Shown in pieces: positions 51,539 to 60,011 of a stretch of 64,000 nucleotides of DNA. A program made the position numbers and the translations under genes. Origin of the DNA: Escherichia coli (GTDB lineage Bacteria; Pseudomonadota; Gammaproteobacteria; Enterobacterales; Enterobacteriaceae). How positions within the stretch are numbered: the stretch's first letter is position 1; each line of letters starts with the position of its first letter. The stretch lies in NCBI RefSeq assembly GCF_001677475.2, contig NZ_CP015229.1; one strand, 5' to 3'. The notes beneath the pieces were generated by a model that worked only from the letters and a program-made list of their open reading frames with translations, was not told the origin of the DNA and searched no databases.

Positions 51539-53539
51539 ATGCTTAAATTTCGCCGCGATCTTAACGGTTACGGTGGAGTTATTAACGAAGGGCATAACGA
51601 TCAATACGAATTTGAAATTGCTTTCTCCAGTGAACAGCCTTATCAGCGCCAATTCTGGGATGAGCAAAATCAAGAAATGGTGGTATTAGATGAAATTCTG
51701 GTACATACACCGGAAGCGGTTGATCTGTCTCGTCTGAATAATAACGCTCCGTTGCTGTTCAATCACAATTTCGATAATCACATTGGTGTCGTTTGTAACG
51801 CTCGAATCGATGCGGATAACGTAGGTCGTGCTCTGGTTAAATTCTCCAAGCATGGGACTTTGGCTAATGATATTCGTAACAAAGTCATCGAAGGTACGAT
51901 GGAAAAAATTTCTGTCGGCTATGACATTAAAGAGTATCACATCGACTACGCCAAATCGCAACTCATTGTTTCTAAATGGATTCCTCACGAGGTTTCATGG
52001 GTCACGGTACCCGCAGACGACACAGTGGGTCTGAATCGCTCTCTAAATACTATCACAGTTAATTTGGAGGCTAAACGCGATATGACTAAAGAACAAATCG
52101 AAGAAATCAAAAACGAAGAAGCCGCTCCGGTTGAAGAAACTCCGGTAGAAGAAAATAAAGAACCGGAAGTTGAAGAAACTCAAGAGCGCCAAGTTGAAGA
52201 GAATAAAGAAAATGAAAATCTCGAAGACGGAAAAGACGCTGAACATCCTGAAAGTGTTGATGATGATAGTTCAACTGTTCGGGAAGAAGAAATAAAAGAA
52301 GAACGTGAAGCTGCTCCGGTTGAAGAAGAAAAAATTGAAGAAGTGGCTGAACGTTCCGAAGAAGACGAATTAGAAATCCGCGAGATCGCGCGGGAACTAA
52401 ATATTGATGACTCTGAATTAGCACGTGCATTGTCGATTAAAGACATGACGCCGGAAGCATTCCGCACTAAGGCACTAAATAATCTCGTCAATGCTCAACG
52501 TAATAACGAACAACAAATTAAGGACTCTAAAATGGAAAAAACTTTTGACCTGAACAACGTAATTCGCTCTCTGGTAGATGGTGCTGCTCTGGGTGCTAAC
52601 GAAGCTGAATATTCCGCTATGGCTGCTACTGCAACTATGCAGCGTGGTCGTGCTGCTCGTGGTGGCTCCGTATTCGTTCCGGCTGCTGCTCTGCGTGCTG
52701 CTGCTGCTGGTAACACTAAAGCTACTCTGGAAGCTGTAACCGACGAAAAACTGCTGACTGAATCCTACATCGAAATGCTGATGCCTCAGAGTGTTTTAGG
52801 CCGCCTCGGTGTGACCGTTCTGTCTGGTCTGAATAGCCCGATCGCTGTTCCGAAAATGACTGCTTCCAGCGTTGACGCTTTCGGCTTCGTTGATGAAAAC
52901 GGTGCTGCACCGGAAAGCAAAGCTCAGTTTGAAAACGTGAAAATGGCTCCTAAGACTTTCGCAGGTGGCAACCCGATCAGCCGTCAGTCTCTGAAAACCG
53001 TTCCGGGTATCGCTACCCTGATCACTGATCACATTAACAAAGCTGTTCGCATCAAACTGGAACAACTGATTCTGTCTGATAAAGCTAACGACCGTGGTCC
53101 GGCTGGTCTGGTTAAGCAACTGGTAGACGCGGGTCGCGTTACTAAGAAAGCCGCTTTCTCTTACAAAGACTTCCTGAAAGAAATTGCAGCACTGACCGAC
53201 GCTGGCGTTCCTGCTCAGGCGATCAAGTTTGCGATGAGCGGTGCAACTGCTGCTGAACTGGAATCTACCCTGAAAGATAACGGCGTTTCCGGTTATATCA
53301 TCGAAAACGGCAAACTGGCTGGTTACGAAGTAGTTACTTCTGGTGTTATCCCGGCAGACCACATCGTTCTGGGCGCGTTCGACGGTATCACCATTGGTGA
53401 GTGGGGCGGTCTGGAACTGGATATGGACGACACTACCTACCGTGCACAGTCTGCAATCGTTCCGCGTATCTGGGTAGATCTGGATTACGTTGTAACCCAG
53501 CCGGAAGCTCTGAAAGTTCTCCAGATTGGCGGTGAATGA
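51539..53539 (+). CDS. prohead protease - acidic scaffold - major capsid polyprotein (in-frame, with internal start at 52532)
   Basis: N-terminal S78-like protease motifs (APLLFNHNFDNHIGVV, SVGYD, VSWVTVPADD); E-rich linker; C-terminal ~335 aa with optimised codons and capsid-like composition; internal ATG at 52532 with AAGGA SD. Confidence 0.75.
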   Translation: MLKFRRDLNGYGGVINEGHNDQYEFEIAFSSEQPYQRQFWDEQNQEMVVLDEILVHTPEAVDLSRLNNNAPLLFNHNFDNHIGVVCNARIDADNVGRALVKFSKHGTLANDIRNKVIEGTMEKISVGYDIKEYHIDYAKSQLIVSKWIPHEVSWVTVPADDTVGLNRSLNTITVNLEAKRDMTKEQIEEIKNEEAAPVEETPVEENKEPEVEETQERQVEENKENENLEDGKDAEHPESVDDDSSTVREEEIKEEREAAPVEEEKIEEVAERSEEDELEIREIARELNIDDSELARALSIKDMTPEAFRTKALNNLVNAQRNNEQQIKDSKMEKTFDLNNVIRSLVDGAALGANEAEYSAMAATATMQRGRAARGGSVFVPAAALRAAAAGNTKATLEAVTDEKLLTESYIEMLMPQSVLGRLGVTVLSGLNSPIAVPKMTASSVDAFGFVDENGAAPESKAQFENVKMAPKTFAGGNPISRQSLKTVPGIATLITDHINKAVRIKLEQLILSDKANDRGPAGLVKQLVDAGRVTKKAAFSYKDFLKEIAALTDAGVPAQAIKFAMSGATAAELESTLKDNGVSGYIIENGKLAGYEVVTSGVIPADHIVLGAFDGITIGEWGGLELDMDDTTYRAQSAIVPRIWVDLDYVVTQPEALKVLQIGGE

Positions 53540-53672
53540 ACTCCTGTAGAACCATCTGAACCTTCCCCCGATTTGGGGGAAGAAAATCTGATTCCTGAAC
53601 CGGAAGAAGAATCCCAGACGGTTAAGGCGAAAGCCACAGTTAAAAAACAACGTAAAACTAAAGAATAATAAT

Positions 53673-53701
53673 TAGCCCTGCCTAACGGTGGGGCTTTTTT
53701 G
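53673..53701 (+). terminator. intrinsic terminator after the capsid gene
   Basis: GC hairpin (AGCCCTGCCTAACGGTGGGGCT) followed by TTTTTT. Confidence 0.55.
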
Positions 53702-53730
53702 TATGTAAATACTCCATAAAGGGGGTAACT

Positions 53731-54021
53731 ATGTTCAAATTATCAGAATCACAATTATCAAGAATGTTTAAGAGTGCTCCTGTATTTGTGGTGGAAGGTG
53801 GTAAATCAATTCGTGCTTATCATGAAATTACTACTACCGACGAATCAGGGGTAATGACAGAAACAGAATTTCTATTCTGTCGTGAGGGAGACTTAAAGCA
53901 AGGTGATATTGTCACAGTAGAAAACCAGCGTTTCAAAGTTCAATATATTAAGCGCAATGGTGACAATACAACTGATTGCTTTATTACTCTGGCAGGGGGT
54001 ACACATGCTCGCTACCGTTAA
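53731..54021 (+). CDS. small virion protein (head-tail adaptor/connector candidate)
   Basis: 96 aa; AAGGGGGTAAC SD; follows the capsid gene. Confidence 0.45.
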   Translation: MFKLSESQLSRMFKSAPVFVVEGGKSIRAYHEITTTDESGVMTETEFLFCREGDLKQGDIVTVENQRFKVQYIKRNGDNTTDCFITLAGGTHARYR

Positions 54022-54427
54022 TAATATGCCGAGACTGAAAATCAAACGCGCCTTGCAAGATATTATCGAACAAGATTTAGGTCTGGCTTTAAACGTAGAA
54101 CAAACTCAGCAAGGCTTTAGCGATGACGTGGTTTGTTGGATTACTGGCATGAATGAAACTTATACGCGTGTTCGTGGTGGTAATGCAATGCAAGCTGAAT
54201 GTGTTATCGAAATGCAGTTATATTCTCAGATTCATGAAACGAAAATTCATGAGGGTATTTGCGAGATAATCCAGATTCAGCCGGATAACCCACGATTTAA
54301 AGATTTGGGCTTCTCAATTTCAGATATCACTCCAGTAGCTTCTAATACCGATTATGACGATGATTCTAGTGATGGGGGTATCGTTGGGACACTTAGCCTT
54401 AAATTTTCTTATCTAGCGCGTTTTTAA
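54005..54427 (+). CDS. small virion protein (head-tail connector candidate)
   Basis: 141 aa from MLATVNNMP; start overlaps the upstream gene end by 17 nt. Confidence 0.45.
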   Translation: MLATVNNMPRLKIKRALQDIIEQDLGLALNVEQTQQGFSDDVVCWITGMNETYTRVRGGNAMQAECVIEMQLYSQIHETKIHEGICEIIQIQPDNPRFKDLGFSISDITPVASNTDYDDDSSDGGIVGTLSLKFSYLARF

Positions 54428-54436
54428 GGGGTAATA

Positions 54437-55270
54437 ATGAATATTACACAAGATAACTTAGACATTTTCACGGGGTCGCATGTTGAAGTCTCCTTGTCTA
54501 CTATGGTGGATAACCAGCCGGACTTTTTCGATCCTGCATTTAGTCCTATCGAGAACATCGCAGCATTCCCGACGATAACCGAATCCACAGAGATCCAGAC
54601 GTTAGAAGAATATGACCATGATGTTACTGGTAAGTTGGCTGGCTATCGTAAACTTGAATCAACTACGTTAGTAGTAAACCGTGTTCTGGATGATGAACAT
54701 CAAGACATGTTGATGAAAGCGGTGAATGATAAAACTCCTTTACGCTTTCGTATGTTCTATGTTGTGAACTCTGGTTACAGTGCTGCTAACACAGGTTACT
54801 ACGTCATCTTTGACGCTTTCGTCTCGTCACATAAAACAAAATCCGGCGATAACAAAGTTACTACAATCGAGTTTAAATTAGAACCTGATGGCGGGATTCT
54901 GGATCGCGGTATTGCTACCGAAGGCCGGATCTTACGTCAAGGTGATTTTGGTCTGGGTGCTGGTGTAAATCCATTCACGGGTCCGATTGATAGCGAAGCA
55001 TTAGCCGGAAACCGTTTCGTAACCTATCAGGGATCGAGCGCATCTAACCCATTTAGTGCTGATACTTCACTAATTCACGTTCAACCTAATGAAGATGGAG
55101 GATGGCAATTAACTTGCACCGCCTCCGGCGCACCACGTTTACGAGTTCGCACAGTCCAGAAAGATGGTAATTCTGGATGGGTGAAAGTGTATTCCACAGA
55201 AGAAAAACCGACACCAGCCGAGATTGAAGCCGTTTCTATCCATGACAGGATCGATTTCGGGGAATACTGA
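54437..55270 (+). CDS. virion protein (neck/tail-tube-like candidate)
   Basis: 277 aa; AAGGGGTAATA SD; Gly/Ser-rich beta-type composition. Confidence 0.5.
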   Translation: MNITQDNLDIFTGSHVEVSLSTMVDNQPDFFDPAFSPIENIAAFPTITESTEIQTLEEYDHDVTGKLAGYRKLESTTLVVNRVLDDEHQDMLMKAVNDKTPLRFRMFYVVNSGYSAANTGYYVIFDAFVSSHKTKSGDNKVTTIEFKLEPDGGILDRGIATEGRILRQGDFGLGAGVNPFTGPIDSEALAGNRFVTYQGSSASNPFSADTSLIHVQPNEDGGWQLTCTASGAPRLRVRTVQKDGNSGWVKVYSTEEKPTPAEIEAVSIHDRIDFGEY

Positions 55271-55346
55271 TTGCTTCTCTAAATAAAAACATGACGCGGG
55301 GAGGTTAACGCCTCCCTTATTCCTGTTTTTATAGTGAGGTGATTAG

Positions 55347-58274
55347 ATGCAATCAATCCAATTTAAACGAACTAGTGTTTCTGGCAAAAAACCTACGCCG
55401 GAACAATTACAGGTCGGTGAGGTAGCAATCAACCTTAAAGACCATGTTATTTTCACCAAAGACCGAGATAATGCCGTAGTTCAAATCTCTGTTTCTCCTG
55501 AAACTCACACTGCATTAGAAACTAAAGTTAATGCGAATAAGAAAGAATTAGACGGCAAGATTACTACAAATCACAACAATATTAACGCTAAAGTAGATGA
55601 AATTAAACAAACTACTGATGCAACTATCGCAGCAAATCACGCAGAAATTAACAATAAAGTTGATGTGATTAAGCGCGAAACCGATGCGACAATCACGGCT
55701 AATAAAAATAAAGCTGCTTCCGACCTTGCTGGCGTTAAAGCTGAATTGTCCGATACCATCACCGCTAATAAAAATGCGGCTGCTGTAGCAACTCAGGAAC
55801 TGGACACCCGCATCAATAAAAAAGTTGATGATAACAAAGCTAAAACTGATGCAACTATCGCCAGCAATCACAAAGCAATCAATGACAAAGTTGATTTGAT
55901 TAAGGCCGAGACTGACCGCACTATCGCAGCAAATAAAACATATGCTGATACTCAGCTAACTAATGCTACTAATGATCTGAATACTGTCATTGCTGCAAAT
56001 AAAAAAGAAGCTGCTGATAGCGTGGCTGCATTAACTAAGACTGTAAACACTAAAGATACAGCGATTCATAGAAAAGTTGACGAGAATAAAGCACTGACCG
56101 ACGCGGAATTATCCCGTTTGTCTGGACGACTTGAAGATGTTGCTAGTATTGGTCAAAACCGAGGCGAATTGCCAGTAGATGCTAATCTTGATCACTATGG
56201 TCCACGTTCAGAATTTGCTGGTATTTGGGGTAAATCGACTTCAACGAATGCACAACCAAGTCACAATTTCCCAGAAGAAAATGCTGTAGGTGTTCTGGAA
56301 GTTTTCACAGGCGGTCAATTCTCTGGGACTCAGCGTTATACAACACGCTACGGTAATATCTACATTCGTTCTCTTACCGCTACATGGAATGGTACTGATG
56401 GTCCGTGGTCGCCGTGGCGCAATATTCAGATGGGTACACGTCCGCTTTCGTCAACCATCGATCTTAATGATTTGGGTGGAGTTGAGCATTTTGGTTTATG
56501 GCGCAATAGCTCTAACTCAATTGCGGCTCTAGAAAGGAATTTCCCAGAAGCTGGGGCGATGGCACAAGGTCTTTTAGAAGTCTTTGAGGGTGGCAACTAC
56601 TCCCGCACTCAGCGTTATACGACCAGAATGGGCGTTGTATATGTTCGCTGTCTTGCTGCTGCATGGGATGCTAGTGCTCCTAAATGGGGTCCGTGGCAAC
56701 AAGTAGGTAATGTAACACCGTCTACTTTCTATGACGGAAACCTGAACAACTTCAAAACACCTGGTTTATATAACATTTTAGGCACTGACAAAGTTACTAA
56801 CCGTCCTGTTGCAGAAGGTGTTCCGGTTGAGATGACCGCATTGCTTGAGGTTAAACAGCGTGCTTCCGGTGGCGCTATTTTCCAACGTTTCACTACCGCA
56901 GGAACGGGAACTACTACCCGTGGTCGTGTTTTTGAACGTGCAATGACAAATAATATCTGGGGAGATTGGCACGAAGTACATACATCATATTCTATGCCAA
57001 TTACTTTAGGTATCGGTGGGATTAAAACACAATTAGAATCTTTAGATTGGCAAACTTTTGATTTTGTTCCTGGTAGCATGTTTAGCGTGCCATTGAATAA
57101 AATTACCAATATGCCAGCAAAAATGGATTGGGGAACAATTGACGGAAACCTGATCATGTTTTCCGTTGGTCCTAGTGAACACACTAGCACAGGGCGTACT
57201 GTTCAGGTTTGGCGTGGTACTGTGTCTCAAGCAAACTACCGTTATTTTGTTGTTCGTGTATTTGGTAATTCAGGAGAGAGAACTTGCACCGTTCGCCGTG
57301 TTGCTCTTGAGGATGGTCGCCATACATGGACAGCACAACAAGATTTTAACGGCGCGGTTAACTTCGGTGGGTCTGTTGTTAACTTTAAAACAGCCACTAA
57401 CTTTAATAACACTACCAGTTTTAAAACAGAAGCTAAATTTCTTTCATCTAATGCATTCCGTATGTATGGCGGTAATTTTGGTGCATTCTTGCGTAATGAT
57501 GGTGAAAGTGTTTATCTTCTTTCCACCAATGAAAATGATAAAGATGGAAACTATAATACAAATAGACCTTTCCGGTATCAGTTAAAAACTGGTGATGTTA
57601 CTTTGGGTGGAACTAGCGGTGCTGATATTTTAAGATTAAAAAGTAGTTCTCTTGCTGCTACCTTTGGCGGTGATGTTAATTTAAGTAAAGGCGTATTGAC
57701 GTTTGAAGCTGGCGGTAAGCAATCTCGCGATTATTTCCGGTTTAATCATTGGGGTGATAGCAATAAAGCTCGCGATAACATCATTCAGTTAGAAGATAGT
57801 AAAGGTGCTCATTTTTCCACTGAACGCACACTGGCAACGGGTGCAATCAAAACTAAGTTCTTTGGTGAAGTTGAATCCGATGGTCGATTAACTATTAAAC
57901 GTCCGGGTGATGCTATTGTATTATCGACTACAGCTAGCAACTCGTTGCATATTCGTGGTGATGTTGGTGGAAGCAATAACTGGTATATTGGTAAAGGTGG
58001 TGCTGATAATTCACTAGCATTTTATAGCTACGCAACTAAAGCGGGTATACACATCACAAATAATGGTGAGATATCATTTGCCCCGCAAAATTTTGCTGGT
58101 ATTAACATTAACAAAGACCGTATCTATATCAATGCTACACAATGGATTGCTAATCATTCCGGTTCATGGGATGGACAGTGGAGAGAAGAAGCACCCATCT
58201 TTATTGATCAGGGTAGTGTTGGACAAGATAGCTATTATCCTCTTATTAAAGGACATAGCCAGATCACAGGTTGA
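55347..58274 (+). CDS. long fibre / receptor-binding-like protein, 3' end interrupted by an IS3-family element
   Basis: 975 aa: N-terminal alpha-helical repeats (TDATIAANH..., TDATITANKN..., TDATIASNHK...), then three ~55-aa tandem domains (…TQRYTTRYGNIYIRSL…, …TQRYTTRMGVVYVRCL…, …FQRFTTAGTGTTTRGRVFERAM…); stop codon TGA is the first 3 nt of the IS. Confidence 0.6.
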   Translation: MQSIQFKRTSVSGKKPTPEQLQVGEVAINLKDHVIFTKDRDNAVVQISVSPETHTALETKVNANKKELDGKITTNHNNINAKVDEIKQTTDATIAANHAEINNKVDVIKRETDATITANKNKAASDLAGVKAELSDTITANKNAAAVATQELDTRINKKVDDNKAKTDATIASNHKAINDKVDLIKAETDRTIAANKTYADTQLTNATNDLNTVIAANKKEAADSVAALTKTVNTKDTAIHRKVDENKALTDAELSRLSGRLEDVASIGQNRGELPVDANLDHYGPRSEFAGIWGKSTSTNAQPSHNFPEENAVGVLEVFTGGQFSGTQRYTTRYGNIYIRSLTATWNGTDGPWSPWRNIQMGTRPLSSTIDLNDLGGVEHFGLWRNSSNSIAALERNFPEAGAMAQGLLEVFEGGNYSRTQRYTTRMGVVYVRCLAAAWDASAPKWGPWQQVGNVTPSTFYDGNLNNFKTPGLYNILGTDKVTNRPVAEGVPVEMTALLEVKQRASGGAIFQRFTTAGTGTTTRGRVFERAMTNNIWGDWHEVHTSYSMPITLGIGGIKTQLESLDWQTFDFVPGSMFSVPLNKITNMPAKMDWGTIDGNLIMFSVGPSEHTSTGRTVQVWRGTVSQANYRYFVVRVFGNSGERTCTVRRVALEDGRHTWTAQQDFNGAVNFGGSVVNFKTATNFNNTTSFKTEAKFLSSNAFRMYGGNFGAFLRNDGESVYLLSTNENDKDGNYNTNRPFRYQLKTGDVTLGGTSGADILRLKSSSLAATFGGDVNLSKGVLTFEAGGKQSRDYFRFNHWGDSNKARDNIIQLEDSKGAHFSTERTLATGAIKTKFFGEVESDGRLTIKRPGDAIVLSTTASNSLHIRGDVGGSNNWYIGKGGADNSLAFYSYATKAGIHITNNGEISFAPQNFAGININKDRIYINATQWIANHSGSWDGQWREEAPIFIDQGSVGQDSYYPLIKGHSQITG

Positions 58275-58334
58275 ATCGCCACGGGTTTAACAGACACCTC
58301 AGAGTCATTTAAGATGGCTTAAAGAGAGGTGCCC

Positions 58335-58613
58335 ATGAGCGGTAAGCGTTATCCCGAAGAGTTTAAAATTGAAGCAGTCAAACAGGTTGTTGATCGCGGT
58401 TATTCTGTTGCCAGCGTTGCAACACGTCTCGATATCACCACCCACAGCCTTTACGCCTGGATAAAGAAGTACGGTCCGGATTCTTCCGCTAATAAAGAAC
58501 AGTCAGATGCTCAGGCCGAGATCCGCCGTCTCCAGAAAGAGCTGAAGCGGGTTACCGACGAACGGGACATATTAAAAAAAGCCGCGGCGTACTTCGCAAA
58601 GCTGTCCGACTGA
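58335..58613 (+). CDS. IS3-family transposase OrfA (HTH)
   Basis: MSGKRYPEEFKIEAVKQVV... HTH and leucine-zipper region ending ...ILKKAAAYFAKLSD. Confidence 0.85.
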   Translation: MSGKRYPEEFKIEAVKQVVDRGYSVASVATRLDITTHSLYAWIKKYGPDSSANKEQSDAQAEIRRLQKELKRVTDERDILKKAAAYFAKLSD

Positions 58614-58669
58614 GGTACGCCTTTATCCGTGACAACACCTGTTGCTGGCCTGTTCGCCTGCTCTGTCGG

Positions 58670-59482
58670 GTGCTGGATGTTCATCCCAGTGGTTTTTACG
58701 CCTGGCTTCAGCAGCCGCATTCACAACGCCATCAGGCAGACCTGAGGCTGACAGGGCAGATTAAACAGTTCTGGCTGGAATCGGGATGCGTCTATGGTTA
58801 TCGCAAAATCCATCTGGATCTGCGGGACAGCGGGCAACAGTGCGGAGTGAACAGAGTCTGGCGACTGATGAAACGTGTCGGGATAAAGGCTCAGGTCGGA
58901 TACCGGAGCCCGCGGGCACGTAAAGGCGAGGCCAGTATCGTGTCGCCCAACAGGCTCCAGCGACAGTTCAATCCGGATGCTCCGGATAAGCGTTGGGTAA
59001 CGGACATAACCTACATCAGGACCCACGAAGGCTGGCTGTATCTTGCCGTGGTTGTTGATCTGTTCTCACGCAAAATTATCGGCTGGTCCATGCAATCCCG
59101 GATGACAAAGGACATTGTCCTGAACGCACTGCTGATGGCTGTATGGCGCCGTAATCCCCAAAAACAGGTGCTGGTTCATTCGGATCAGGGCAGTCAGTAC
59201 ACAAGCCATGAGTGGCAGTCGTTCCTGAAATCACACGGCCTGGAGGGCAGCATGAGCCGTCGCGGTAACTGCCATGATAATGCGGTTGCAGAAAGCTTTT
59301 TCCAGTTGTTGAAACGCGAACGGATAAAGAAAAAGATCTACGGAACGCGGGAAGAAGCCCGCAGCGATATTTTTGATTACATCGAAATGTTTTATAACAG
59401 TAAGCGTCGGCATGGTTCCAGCGATCAGATGTCACCGACAGAATATGAAAACCAGTATTATCAACGGCTCGGAAGTGTCTAG
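58670..59482 (+). CDS. IS3-family transposase OrfB (DDE catalytic domain; made as OrfAB by -1 frameshift)
   Basis: DDE integrase-core motifs (…WVTDITYI…, HSDQGSQYTS, …RGNCHDNAVAESFF…). Confidence 0.85.
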   Translation: MLDVHPSGFYAWLQQPHSQRHQADLRLTGQIKQFWLESGCVYGYRKIHLDLRDSGQQCGVNRVWRLMKRVGIKAQVGYRSPRARKGEASIVSPNRLQRQFNPDAPDKRWVTDITYIRTHEGWLYLAVVVDLFSRKIIGWSMQSRMTKDIVLNALLMAVWRRNPQKQVLVHSDQGSQYTSHEWQSFLKSHGLEGSMSRRGNCHDNAVAESFFQLLKRERIKKKIYGTREEARSDIFDYIEMFYNSKRRHGSSDQMSPTEYENQYYQRLGSV

Positions 59483-59500
59483 ATTATCCGTGGCGATTCA

Positions 59501-59938
59501 GACAAATTTATTAAATTTGGAATCACTACCCGAAAACCAGAAGAACGAATGAGAGAGCAAACCAGAAAGAGCAACTTCACTCACCGATTAATCTTTACTC
59601 ATGAGTTTGAGGATGGTTGGAAAGCTGCCGATTTAGAGCATGAAGTAAAACAACGCTTCAAGACTCATGCCGCACCCTACAAAGATTTCAAGGATGGATG
59701 GTCGGAAACTCTGACTATCGATGAGTTGCCACACTTACAGCAACTGGTTTATGACTACCTAACCAATCAACCGGACGAGGCTAATATGTGGGTATCCCCG
59801 AAAGATGTATTTGATGACGATACATTCAAGCTACATACTCACTTCTACGGCATCAATAAACCGGAATTTTTCTGTATTGATGACGATAGTCCTGATTTAA
59901 TGGATGAATACTTTAATTCTCTCTTAGACGCTGCCTAA
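59501..59938 (+). pseudogene. T5orf172/GIY-YIG-like domain remnant, in frame with the fibre gene across the IS
   Basis: Frame DKFIKFGITTRKPEERMREQ... is open from the IS edge with no start of its own and is in frame with 55347-58271 once the IS is removed; motif resemblance is from memory. Confidence 0.4.
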
Positions 59939-59953
59939 CGCAATTAAATTAAA

Positions 59954-59977
59954 AAGGGGTACATCTGTACCCCTTAA
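59954..59977 (-). terminator. intrinsic terminator downstream of the recombinase gene
   Basis: AAGGGGTACA...TGTACCCCTT hairpin flanked by an A-run on + (U-run on the - strand). Confidence 0.45.
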
Positions 59978-60011
59978 AGCGTTTATCTCGTTATACGTCG
60001 ATTTAGGCCGC

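Larger units (their letters stand above)
58272..59500 (+). mobile_element. IS3-family insertion sequence (1229 bp)
   Basis: 13-bp perfect terminal inverted repeats TGAATCGCCACGG (58272-58284) / CCGTGGCGATTCA (59488-59500); orfA/orfB in 0/-1 frames with an A7G slippery site near 58575-58581; DDE motifs in orfB. Confidence 0.85.

Noticed and set aside
52043-52716. Several minus-strand ORFs inside the capsid polyprotein gene
   Set aside because: Generated by the GAA-rich acidic linker and GCT-rich codon runs read in antisense; low-complexity translations (poly-F, poly-S/A).
55347-58274. 975-aa protein as a tape measure protein
   Set aside because: Although the N-terminus is helical and repetitive, the C-terminal two-thirds consist of beta-rich tandem domains typical of fibres or receptor-binding proteins, and no tail chaperone (G/GT frameshift pair) or tube gene set precedes it.
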